The position numbers and the translations under genes are program-made. A DNA stretch of 64,000 bases from Moniliella sp. 'wahieum' (taxonomy: Eukaryota), in assembly GCA_003971905.1 (NCBI GenBank), contig RSEE01000031.1, forward strand, positions 434,001 to 498,000, written 5' to 3'. Positions 50,167 through 61,583 of the stretch are shown here, one piece after another (position 1 is the stretch's first letter; every line of letters begins with the position of its first letter). The notes under the pieces are model-generated. The model was not told the origin of the DNA and did no database searches. It saw nothing but the letters and a program-made list of their open reading frames with translations.

Positions 50167-53100
50167 CCCCCGCTGACCGGAGGGCCCAGTCATGTGGACT
50201 GGATCCATCTCCTCGACGCGGAGTTGAGCAAGATGGCTTGTCAGGGCGGGACGGCCGAGAGGCTTGGTGAGGACGTCCGCTGGGTTCCTTTCGCCGGGGA
50301 TGTGTACAAGTATGGCCTCGCCCGAGTCCACGTGTTGCCGTACATTGTGGTACCGGATCTTCAGCTCTCGGAGCTTGCCGGTGCTGCCAAATTTGTGGGC
50401 GAGATCGACGACAGACTTATTGTCGCAATACCAATGAATGGGTGTACCCTCGCCGATGGCCCCAAGCTCGATCATGATGTTCTTGACATAGTTGGCGTCA
50501 ACCAGTCCATCATATCCTGCCGTATATTCGGCGGCGGCGGTACTGGTAACGCTCTTCGGCTGAAGAATGGATCGCCACGACACCGGCACACCGTACACCA
50601 TCAGTAGGCATCCAGATGTGGAGCGTGCCTGGATGGGATCTCCCGCCAAGTCGGAATCTGTATACAGCGCAATGGCCGGTGCATCTGATGTTGGGGTCAA
50701 CCTCAGGCCCTTTCCTCGAGTATGGTACAGGTAGCGAAGGAAGTCATCGACTGCTTGATGATGCTGCTGCGATGGGTCGGCAGCGGCTCTGCTGAGGGCC
50801 GTGATAGCGAAGAGGGAGTCAGGCCGGCCCATTCGTGCAGCCCACAGTCCCGATCCGATCTTCCCCTGATATGCCTTGCGCAAGGCTGGGAGGGATGGGG
50901 GTTCAGGGTCGGCACGGGGCGGTATCATCCGTACGGGATGTGGGAGAGTCCGGATCCACGGGGCTTTGATGTGGTGCTTTGCCACCACTTCCTCGATGAA
51001 CTTTGGTTGGCTCAGGTACAGCTCCCCACCGATCCGATCGTATTGGCATCCCAGGTGGTAGTGAAGGGGACCGTTACCACGAACATCAATGTGTGTGTTT
51101 ATCTCGGCCATAAACTCCTCGTACTTTTGGTGTGACTTGCATGCGAGGAGCAGATCGTCGGTGTGGACCGCCAGGAGGATCTGCTCACCCGGTGGTGCAG
51201 CGCGCACGAACAAGCAGGGCTCGGTCAAGCTTTGCGTGAAGCCGAGCTTGTCACGCAGCAGGTTCCGGATGTATCGTGCCCAGTTTGCTCCGCTCTGATG
51301 TAGCCCGTATAGACTCTTCTTGAGACGCCACACGCGACCACCCGCTTCGGGGAAGTAGGGGGGTGGGCGGATGTAGACTGCTTCTTCGAGGGGGGCGTTC
51401 AGGTACGCTGCATTGACGTCCGCCGAGAAGAGGCCAAACTTATACTTCTCGGCCAGCACGACGAGGGTCAGGATGGCAGGTGTGCGCACCGATGGTGCGA
51501 ACGTCTGGCCCCAAGTCTCGGCCGATTGTTGGTGTCCGCCCGCGACAAAGCGCGCGCGGTGGCGCAGGAACCGGCCCTCGGCGTCCGTCTTTGTGTGTGA
51601 TGCGCCATAGTCCTATGAGGATTTGTGCACCCGGTGGTGGGTACGTAGCCTCGTAGGTGCCGTATCGCGCGAGTGTGGCCACCTCGTCGGCCATAGCCTG
51701 CTTGACCATGGCAAAGGAGGGGTGAGTCTCGAGACCCTTGAGCGTCTTGGGAGCGAGGGGTACGCCATCCTTGGTGAGCTGAACCGTGTCCGGGTGGATG
51801 GGTGCGCTGAGAGCAGTCATGGCGGCGTATTCGGGAGGTTGAACTGTGTCGGCAAACGGGGGGGCGGATGTGTCAGGTAGGGGGCGGGCGATGCCGATCT
51901 CTGGTGCGGCGCAGTGGGGCGTGGCGGCTGCAGCACGAGCATGGTAGGTCGTGTCGGTGGGGTCGTCAGCGATTGGGAGTGTGTGCAGGTCGAGGGAGGT
52001 GCGGGTGGTGCGCTGGCGGAGGGGGTAGCGGCGCGGAGGGGGGGGGTGGTGGTGGGAGCGGGTGTCTGGGGTGTGGCGGCGGTTCGGGGCATGGGTGCTG
52101 CCGCGGCTGGCGGAGTAGGGTTAGCGTCTTTTTCACTGTCGATTTTAATTTGAGGTGATTTGGAGATGTCGGGTGGGAAGTGGTCGGGGTGGAGATGGGG
52201 GTAGATGGCGTTGCCCCATTTGTACGGTTTCGACCAGCGGTAGGTGAAGGTACCCAGGGATGGTTGGTATGTGGCGAAGAGCCATCCCTTTGATCCGCGC
52301 TGATGGTGGTATCCTACCAGCATACCTTCCTCTGCCCGCGCGCTGAGCTTGTGCTCGCGGCGTGACTCGGGCAGATGGAGGTATGCAACGCGGCCAAAGG
52401 GTTGCATCGGTAACGAGTATGCGTGGCCTTTGTATCGCTCAAATCGCGATTTGTTGTCTTCCCCGGATGTTTTGAGTGGCATTTGGTTTTGGGTGAAGCA
52501 CGCAGCGTGGAGGCTGTGTTCCCACCAGTCCGACGTCGGAAGACCTGTACCCAAGAGCAACTGCCTTGCACGAGTCGTTATGGTTCGGATGGCACGCTCA
52601 GCCACACCGTTGCTAGCACTCTGCCCCGGGATTGTCCGTTCTGACGTGATGCCTTGCTCGTCCAGAAAAGGTTGCAGTGCGCTTGTCAATTCGGGGGCGT
52701 TGTCCGTGCGCAAAGTCCGCAGCAGTCTGTCCGGGCCGTAGCGTTGCTCCCGCAATATGAGGTTCCGCAGTTCCTTCGTTGCAGCGCCCTTTGTCGGGAT
52801 CGCTGTGGTGAAGACGTACCGCGTGAAGTCATCAACGGCGACGAGGGCGTATCCGTGCCCCATGCCGGTTACCCGGGGGAGGTCTACTACGTCGACGTGG
52901 AGGACCTCGAAAGGTCTTTTGGATCGGAGGCGGTCCCGGCTCGGATGGGGCGATGCTGTCGCTAGTGCCACCGCGCATGTTGGGCAATCCCACTCTGAAC
53001 GACAGAGGGAGATATGCTTGGCTGTGACGCGGAGGCCTGCGGTTTCCGATCGTGTAAGCCAGGGGAGGAGGTCGATGGCTGCGTGGTTCCAGCGTTTGTG

Positions 53101-53607
53101 GGCTTTAGAGACGTGGTCCAGGGCCAGGGATGCTGCGAGGGAGTTTGGGGTTGAGGGTGGGTCGGCCGGTTTGATCGGTTTGGTCGCCATGGCCCGCAGG
53201 GGTGTGGGTGGCGTTCGCGGGTTGTGTAAGATCGTGAATTGATAGTCACTGCCGGTTACTTTTCGTAGGGTGGATCCTGGGTTACCAAGCCAGATACCCT
53301 TCTGGTGTGGGGCGAAGTATGATGCGATTCCGGTGTTCGACAGGTGTGCTACACTGACGAGATTTCGGCTGAAACGGGGCATGTATAGGCTGTTGGGGAG
53401 TTTTATCTCCATTTGGTGTCCTCCTAAGCATCGGATACGGATTGTGGCCGTGCCTCGTCCTTCCGCCTTTACATGTGTCCCGTTAGCAACCTCTATCTCG
53501 TCGTCGCAAGGGGTCATGGATGTGAAGACGGATTTGTCTTTCCAAATGGATGGGAATGCCCCACTGTCATATAATGCCCGGATGATTCGCATTTCGCCCC
53601 CGAGTTC
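50161..53607 (-). CDS. pol: Copia Pol: protease, integrase, reverse transcriptase, RNase H
   Basis: PR LYDSGA; IN HKRWNH..CPTC, LHVDV, LRTDNAPEL, NGVAERAIRT; RT ADVNAAYLNA, LKKSLYGLHQSG, AVHTDDLL; RH YTDSDLAGD, CDNKS, NPADVLTKPL. Apparent frameshifts near 51820 and 51570. Confidence 0.93.
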
Positions 53608-54855
53608 CTAGTAGTCAGCTGTGCCCGCATCAACGTCAATCACTTCAGACTCGGGAGAGCTCGCTCTCTGAGCGACGTGAGCGTTGGCTCGGCCTGGGTT
53701 GCGCGGAGGGACAACAGGTTTATTAGACGTCGCGCTGCGCCAGGGTTGGTTGGTGCGGTCTTGCCCCTTGGTCTTTGTGTCCGCGAGGTTGTCGTCGCCG
53801 GCTTTGCCCCCGCTGGAGTTTTTTCCCCCGCTGGTGGGTCGTCCCCCGCTGTCGGGTCGAGTCCAAGGCGTTCCTCCGTTGACCGGCTTGCCTCCGTTTC
53901 TCTTCCTTTCTCCACCGGGATACGTGGCGGCTGGTATGTCCATCACGGCCTGCCGTAACTTGTCTAGACTCGAGCGCTCTTCACGCTGGCGAATGCTCAT
54001 GTCGCGTAAGCCGAGTAGGATCCCAGTGCGTTCCTGCTCTTCCGTAAGTGGGATGCCCGCTCGCGTCAGGCTTGCACTGATCTCTTCCATGTAGTCGAGG
54101 TAGTCTCGACCCGATCGGTTTCCTTGGTCGGCCGAAAAGTAGCGAATGAGTAGAGGCCCTCTGTTTGCGGTAGGCGTATATCCATACCGCTGACGCAGCA
54201 TGTTCAGCGTGTCCTGGGTGCATGATATTTCGTGGTGGGTGCGGATCGTCCGGAAGAGGGTTGACGGCATGGCTTCCCTAAGAAGGTTGTGCAAGCGTCT
54301 GTCGAGGTCCTCGGTGAAGTAGCGGGAGCTGCGACCATTCTGGACGACGTCGCTTGCGTGGGGGTGGGCATCTGTTATCGCGAAGAGAAATTCGTCTTCC
54401 CAAGCGCTGTAGGCGGACGGGTCTTTGTTCAGATCAGGCCACTTGATATTCTTGGTGGGAGACTCGCGTAGTGATCTGTAAAGGTCGTACTCGGGTCGCG
54501 AGGCTGCGCCTGTAGGTGCCCCCAAAGTTGCGTTGGGTTGAGTTTCCATTTGGTGGATGTTTTGCACCACAAAATTCGTAGCCCGTCGAACCCAGTTTGT
54601 CGTGATAGACGTAGGTTCGTCCTTCCATCCAAGCCACTCGGCTCTGTCGTGTATAGCTCTGTTGATCTTCTCTTTAACGACATCGATGTCGTTCGTCTTC
54701 TTGAACCACAGGTGCGCTTCGGCGCAAAGCATCATGAGTTCCTCGTTGTCGGTGCCAATCGGTGGCGGATCGCGACCGGTTGGTGTCCAGTAATCGCGCT
54801 TGTTCACCATTGTGGTGTCGCTGACCGAGAGATCGGTGTTAGCGTTGGCGCCCAT
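53608..54855 (-). CDS. gag: Copia Gag
   Basis: ORF of about 415 codons starting at the ATG at 54855, just inside the 5' LTR; gag-like core (YSAWEDEFL, DYLDYMEEISASLTRAGIPLTEEQERTGILLGL); ends at TAG 53610-53608, in frame with pol. Confidence 0.85.
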   Translation of the reverse strand: MGANANTDLSVSDTTMVNKRDYWTPTGRDPPPIGTDNEELMMLCAEAHLWFKKTNDIDVVKEKINRAIHDRAEWLGWKDEPTSITTNWVRRATNFVVQNIHQMETQPNATLGAPTGAASRPEYDLYRSLRESPTKNIKWPDLNKDPSAYSAWEDEFLFAITDAHPHASDVVQNGRSSRYFTEDLDRRLHNLLREAMPSTLFRTIRTHHEISCTQDTLNMLRQRYGYTPTANRGPLLIRYFSADQGNRSGRDYLDYMEEISASLTRAGIPLTEEQERTGILLGLRDMSIRQREERSSLDKLRQAVMDIPAATYPGGERKRNGGKPVNGGTPWTRPDSGGRPTSGGKNSSGGKAGDDNLADTKTKGQDRTNQPWRSATSNKPVVPPRNPGRANAHVAQRASSPESEVIDVDAGTADY

Positions 54856-54909
54856 GGTTGTGGGTGTAGTTTTGGCCAGCTCAGGGATGAGCAGATAAGG
54901 ATGTAACTC

Positions 54910-55068
54910 TGTCGGCCTCGCTACTACCACAGAATGTGAGCACTGAACGTCGTATTGGACTAAGAAGCTTCTGCGACTGACTCGTCCAGAAGACTGGTGC
55001 GAGCTCGGAAGGAATGAAAGCTGACTCACGTGACTCAGGGTCGCGCGGTCCTAGGACGGATGTCAACA
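54910..55068 (-). repeat. 5' LTR of the copia element (159 bp)
   Basis: Direct repeat of 50007-50166. Confidence 0.96.
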
Positions 55069-55972
55069 GATAACGACGATTTCGCTGTCGTTAGTCTCCC
55101 AACACCACCTTATGCGGACGCGCCGTCGGTCCCTTACCCATTGCAGTCGGGAATCGGAAACCGAGAATCGGAAGGCGGGCGTTAGGACCCAACTCCATTA
55201 TGGACATGGGCAGGACGCGGCGCGGGAACCCCGTCCCATCCGTCTTGGCGTGGCATGCGATGCCTCAGTCGGTTAGGGCGTAGGATGCAGTGTGTATATG
55301 CCCTGTGTTCGGCCACTGCTGCCATCACATGTCACAGCCGCTTGCTACACTTTCTCTTTCTTCCGCCCCTGGGTGGCGGCGCATCCCATTGCTTCACTCA
55401 TTCCCTGGCCAAGTCCCTTCAACGAGGCAAGCACTGCACGTACATTCCATTGACCAAAGTATTGGCCTTGCTTGCTCCCCCCATGCGCGTTCCTGCCTCC
55501 CCGCATTCGCGTCTTACCTTCCCATGTATCGCCAACCAGGCACCACATATGCGCCCTCGCACCACCGCGCGATGTGCGACGTGCGACGTGGGAGTTCTAG
55601 CGTGCCAAACCCCACCTATCGCGACCTGCGATCCTATCCATCGGCTGGCGCCTGGAGCCATCGAGCTGAAACGAGGATGAGAGCGTAGAATAGATCGTTA
55701 TTGCACAAAGGGCCCAGCGAGACTGGGCGAGAGCTGGCCTGGGCGAGCGGGGGGGGAAAGGAGGGGAGGATCAAGCGGGTTTGCATAGTAGCAGCGTGGC
55801 AGTTGGGGCGAGCACCATACCGCACCGTGGCAGAGGGCCAAGATGGGAAGGGTAAGTTTACAAGAGGATCGAGGCGAGGAAGCCTCGGCGGGGACGCTCA
55901 GGTGGGCGCGACGAGTGACATGGGCAGCGCGTGCCTCGCGCTCGATCGCTGGGACACTGGGGTGACATGGGT

Positions 55973-57710
55973 TCAGCGGCCAATGTAGCGTCGCTCGAGC
56001 CAGCGGGCTGGGATGTAGCCAATGGCAGTAAAGAAGAAGGAGAGCAGCCAGCCGACGTCACCTCCTTCTCCGCCAAACTTGGCAGCGATCGGGCCGACGT
56101 ACCACGTCTCGCTCATGCACCCCACCGCGCCGGCAATCCCGCACGCAAACGCAAACAGTGCGCCGAGGCCGATGGGCAGGCGCGAAGGATCGTTCCAGAT
56201 GGTCCAGTCGTAGCCGCGGTAGTTGCGGCGAAACAAAGTGTTCCATCATGATCACGCCAATAAAGATGCAGGACCAGTAGCCCATGATGCCCAAGAAGCT
56301 CTGCAACACTTGTTGCAGTGCCGAGCGCCCGGCAATGGCCAGCACCGCCACCACCACCTCAGTCGCCAGCGTCCATACGATCCGCGGAACGTACTGCAGC
56401 GGGCGGGCAAATTGCAAGATGGAAAGAGTTACCGAGTAGGTACTGATGACCAGCACGCCGAGCGAACTGAGCATGCCCATGGCCAAGGCGAATTTAGCCC
56501 AGGGCAAGGGGTGGAGCGCCTGTAGGATCAGCCCACCGACTTGGAGGTTACTGTCGTACGCGGCTTGCCACGAGGGGATGCGACCCATAATGTCCGAGTA
56601 GCAGCAGCCCAGGACCATGCCAAACGCCGTGGGGACCGAGATGCCAAACAAGTTGAACGCAAACACGAGCGGTTTCGACGTCTTGACCGGGTACACGGCA
56701 AAGTAGTCACTCGCGATCGAACTCCAACTGACGCTCGAGCCAAAGACAATGGCCCAAAGCGTCAATGAGTTGCCGGTCAACTCGAGCCCCGTCGCTGTCG
56801 ACGGACCCAGCTCTGCCTTGCCCGCATTTTGAATGTACATGGCCAAAAACACGCCAAACATGATGACCCACGCCACGGACGAGTAGTTGATCACCCCATT
56901 CACCCCAAACACGGAAAAGAAGAAGGAGATGCAGACCAAGACGATGGTGCCGGCAGCGACCGACAGGCTGTGGCCCACCGCGGCGGCCAACGCCTGCGCG
57001 CCCGAGATGCACGCCACGACGCACCAGCCGCCATTGACAATCACGTTCAAAAACGCGACGATGCGAGAAAACCAGAGCCCCGAGTAGCGCGAGATGGATA
57101 CTTGGCGCAGCCCGCTTTCCGGTCCAAACGTCGCGCACCACGCCACCGGCATCGAGCCCAGCAGCGTCGCACCACACGTCAAGCCAATCGACCGGCCTAG
57201 GCTCATGTCCATCGTAGGACCAATCAGGCCAGTGCTAAAGCAGGACAGGTTCTGTGGGGCGAGGAGAGCGGGACAGAGAGAGGGTGTTAGTACGGTGCCA
57301 ATAAGGCGAATGCGAGCGCCCAGAATGAGTCTGTAAACCGTCCCCAATGAGCCAGTGGAAAGGGCAAGGGCAAAAGCAAGGGCAAGGGCAAGGGCAAGGC
57401 CGGGGGACTAAGGACGGACCATGGTGCAACTGGCCCAAAAGACCGACATGAGCATGAGTTGGCGTCGTGTACCCGTCCGGTTTTCCGGCAGGATGCGTTC
57501 GATCGCATTGGACTCGACGCCGAGTTTTTGGTCGAGGAGGCCTTCCCAGTAGAGCATGCGCTGGAAAAAGTTGCCGTCGCGACGGCCGAGCGGCGCATGG
57601 GCAGCCGCATCGTCGGGCGCTGGTGGGATCGGCATAGTGCTCGCCAGGGACGAGACCAGCTCGACGTCCTTCTCGTTGAGGTCTTTCTTGGACAGGGCGC
57701 CGTCGGACAT
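55973..57710 (-). CDS. Purine-cytosine permease family (NCS1; Fcy2/Tpn1-like) transporter
   Basis: LGVESNAIERI, FGPESGLRQVSISRYS, multiple TM segments, SWSSIASDY, NCS1-type FLGIMGYW...MEHF, WYVGPIA, YIPARWLE. Intron about 57252-57419 with a TACTAAC branch point. Confidence 0.9.
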
Positions 57711-60027
57711 GGTGGGCGCGGCGACGAGCGAGGAGCAGGAGCAGCAAGGCGAAAAAGAAGAGGAGGGGGGAGGGAAAGAGGAGGCGGTGAAAATTTAAGC
57801 CAGCCGGCGCGTGGTGCGATAGGCGCTAGGCGCAGGATGCTTTTTTTCTGCGGGGCGTTCGCCGTCACTCACTGGTCCTCGGCCGCGGCCCCCGTTCCTG
57901 TTGGCTCGGCCAGCGCCCGGCTCTCCTGCGATGCGCTCGCTGCGTCGCACAAACCAGGCTGGTCTGTCGGCCTCGTCACTAGTCAGCGCTCACCCGTCCC
58001 TGGCCACAGCGCGGCCCACTGCCCCCCTGCCGCAGGTGCGCATGCCCGATGGATGATGCATGGGGGTGCATGCAGCATGCAAGACGGCGTGGCTGGGCAC
58101 ACTGGCGTGGTGGACAGCGGGCACGGGGCCTGGGCCGGCCGAGGCTGGGGGCGTGGGCGGCGCCGTGCCTGGGCGTCTGGGCGGGGAGCACACACACGCC
58201 AAGGGGCTGCGGGCGGAGACAGGCAGGCGGGCCGTGGCAGCCGCGAAGCATGCTGTCTGGCCGATAAGCGCATCGGCGCATCGCATTGCATCGATCGCAT
58301 TGCATTGCATCGCATTCGCCTCGCGTTGCATTTCGCACCGCCTCGTCCGATTGGTCAGCCGGCACCGCGCGCGTCTGCGCCCACCGCACCACACGCCCCG
58401 CGGCCACGCTGGCGGCGGAGCATGCGGTTCCTAATCGCGCTATTTGCCCGCCCACCCAGGCCCAGCGCCGCTCTGGTCGCACGACACACACGCACCGCAT
58501 GGCCCCTGCCTATCGACTATCGGCCGACCAGCGATACGCGATACTCGAAACCCTATCGAAACTCACTACCTAGTCACTAGTCACTCTAGTCACGCGTCAC
58601 GCGTCACGAGCCACTAGTCACGAAGCGGTGCCTGCGACAGGCACCGTCTCTCGCCCTCCCCTGTCTGCCCAGCCTCTCAGATCTCAATCTCAATCTCACC
58701 CCTGCCAGACGCAGATGCGTGATGCTCCACGCGCTCTGCCCTGCCCTGCCCTGCGCTTCTCTGTGCAAACATATGGCCTGCTTCCTTCCTCCCTGCTCGC
58801 CCCCACCAGCCCACCTGCTCTGCGCTGTCGCCATGGCAGCCATGCCCACCGCAGCATGCTCCCCCTAGAGCCTCGCTCCTCGCCTGCATGGGTTCGCACA
58901 GCAGAGAGGAGAGGGGGGTACCATGCTGCTTCCCCTCCCCCCCGCCGACGAACCCGAGCCAGCGCGAGCCCCTCGCCGGTTCAGTGCGTGGCATGGAAAC
59001 GTGATCGAAGTGCTCGGTCCTGTGCGTGGGGCATCGCCTCGCCCCGTAGGCTTTCCTAAAGCCGACGATTCTCGATTAAACAGATAGGCTCGGTAAGAGC
59101 GACGGGGCGGGAGAGGATGCATTTTTGTACCCAGGTGCCCCGCCCCAGCCGCACACTGGTACCTCCACCTCTCGCTGGGGAGGCAATCGTGCGGAATACA
59201 TGTCCGACGAAGCTTGAAGCTTGAAGCTTGAAGCTTGAAGCATTGAATAGATGTTGAAAACAAAAAGGACCACGAGCTAGCTATGGATGGATCTAGTTCC
59301 CGCTGTGCAGCGGTGATGGCAAAACTCGGTTGACCTGCCCTCTTCTGAACCCCTTCCTTTTGCCCTTCGGTCTCACTTCGCACCGGAGAGAACGTTGGAA
59401 CGGGGCTGCATACCAGTTGAAGCCGGAGGATTGCTGGGCGGCGGTACAGTACGGTACGGTGAGGATCGGTTTCTTCATTCTCAAGATGTGATACCACCAC
59501 GTGAAGACTATAGGTCGAATCGGTTCCTGCCATCGTTATGTATTCTGCCCGAACTCGGTGCGGCCTGACCTGAAGCCTGAGGCCTACACCCCGGGCAGGA
59601 TGGATATTGGGTAGAGAAGGAATAGGATTTGCTGCATGGTCGGAACGCAGACTGCCGCGTAATCCCGATAATACGCGCTGTTTTCACGGCGGAACAGCGC
59701 GCGAGGACGAGAAGGAGCAGAGAGAAGAAACGCACCGTCCAGGTCTCCCAAGTATACCGGCCAAGGAAAGTGAGACCCTAGGAACGCCGCCGCGACTAAC
59801 CTCTCCTTCAATCAGTTTCCGGCGCTGGGCAAACGGGTAAGGCGGGGGTAAGGCAGCTGGCAGAGGAGAGGGCCTGTCCCATCCATCTCAGTACTGCTCA
59901 TCACAACAGGTGACAGCGGGGCGGAGGGGCAGGGTAGGCGCGTAGTTTCACGTCGGTGGATGCGGTTGACAGATTGTTGATTGCTGAATTGTTGATTGAC
60001 CGTTCTTCGTTGTTCGTTGTTCGTTAG

Positions 60028-61583
60028 CTATTTGCTTTGGCGACGGGCGCCTCCGAGCAGCACGCGGGGGGGGCGCGACAGAGTAGGGTGGGCGACGTGC
60101 GCGGTAAGGCGGTCGTCGAGGTCGAGGGACGTACGACGGGGAGCGCGCGCCCGAGCGGAGGCGTCTGGGACTGGGACCCAGGGGATGGGTCGGTGCCAAG
60201 GCGAAAGCGAAGGCGAAGGACAAGACGGATGGGGCGACTCAACGGTGGCGCCGGTATCGGGTGAGGTGGAGGAGAGGAGGTCGGGGTCCGTGGCAAGAGT
60301 GGCGCGCCCGAGGGGAGGAGGAGGAGACGATGGGTCGTCGGCTGGGGCGAAGGAGCGAGTGGGCCGGTGCCCCCACTGCGATCGCGATCGCGATCGCGCC
60401 CAGGCGCTGGGCCCCCCTGCCAGGCACCAGTCGAGCAAGACGGGAGGCGGGCGCGAGGCGCGCGAAGGTAAGCGCGTGTACCGTAGGCCACCCCCTCGGT
60501 GGGCAGGCGGCGGCAGCGGCCAAGCCAGGAAAAGGTGGGGGATCCAAGCTGTCTGATGCCCGTGGGTCTGGGTCCAGGTCTACGCCCCGTACCCACTGCC
60601 GGACGTCTCGCCTGCCCCGCATGCCAGGCAGAAGAGCTTCCAAGTGCGACTCGGGCTGGGGGGTGGGCGAAGGCCGACGGAGGCCTGCTTGGGCGGCACC
60701 GTCGTAGTCAGCTAGTCCAACGTGCGTGCATGGGGGACGCAGCCGGCGACCGAGTCGGACACCGAGACGGACCCTGCCTCCCCCCACCTCCGGCTCGGCA
60801 CGAGGGGAGGAAGAGAAGTACATTTGCGGTGCCAAGTGACGGAGACGGGTGTGGAAGCAGGCTTGTGCGCCCAAGGCGGGACGCGCAGTACGGGTGCCAG
60901 CACGCGCATCCGCATCCCCCGCCGCTCTCCGGCCCCCACCCCCGCCCAAGTCCTGGCGCGGCAGACCGAGGAACAGTACAGCTGCCGCCCCGCCGCCGGC
61001 TTGGCACACATCGCACACACATTATCTTCGAGCCAGTCCAGGTCCGCTTGCGCTGCCATCAGCTCGTCGTGCAGTTCCTGCCGCGACTTGAGCGGTTTGC
61101 GCGGCCGACCTGATGCTGCGTTTGCGTTTGTGCTTGTGCTTTTGCTTGCGGTTGCGGTTGCGTTTGCGTTTGCGCTTCCCTTCTTTTCAATAGGTGAGGA
61201 CACGGATGAGGGGGGTGAGCTGCCAGGTAGGTTACTTTGCGGGTTGCCTTGGCTAGGCAACTCACCAGGGACGTGGGAGGATCGAGATCGAGAGCCTGCT
61301 TCGTTCCATCAGGGGTAGGACCCGGACCGTGCATGCGGGAACGGGGCGCGTCCGAGCTGGGTTCCGATCTGGCATCTCGCTGGGCGCGAGCAGCAGAGGT
61401 GCATGGCGCCTCGTGCGCTGTGGTGCGACGGTGGGACGGGCGTTGCAGAGAAGGGTCGGTGAAGGGCTTGAGATTGTTGTTGTTGCTGGTGATGGTGTTG
61501 GTAGGAGCCATCCAGCTGCGCTTACGGCGCTCGGGCGTGGCGGTCACCTGCGGCATGGGTGGAGGTAGGACAGAAGGAGGCAT
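60028..61583 (-). CDS. Low-complexity Ser/Pro-rich protein with an Ecl1-like C4 zinc motif
   Basis: WLEDNVCAMCAKPAAGRQLYCSSVCR resembles the CxxC...YCSxxCR motif of the Ecl1/2/3 family. The rest is disordered, and the frame path is uncertain. Confidence 0.5.

Larger units (their letters stand above)
50007..55068 (-). mobile_element. Full-length Ty1/copia LTR retrotransposon (5062 bp)
   Basis: Two near-identical LTRs with TG..CA ends; TSD GATAA at 50002-50006 and 55069-55073; gag followed by PR-IN-RT-RH order; PPT-like AGCGGGGG next to the 3' LTR. Confidence 0.97.

Noticed and set aside
57240..59900. TPP riboswitch in the intron or leader of the NCS1 permease
   Set aside because: By eye, no CTGAGA...ACCTGAT/ACTTGAT...TAAT core in the right order was found. 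An Infernal scan with the TPP model would settle it.
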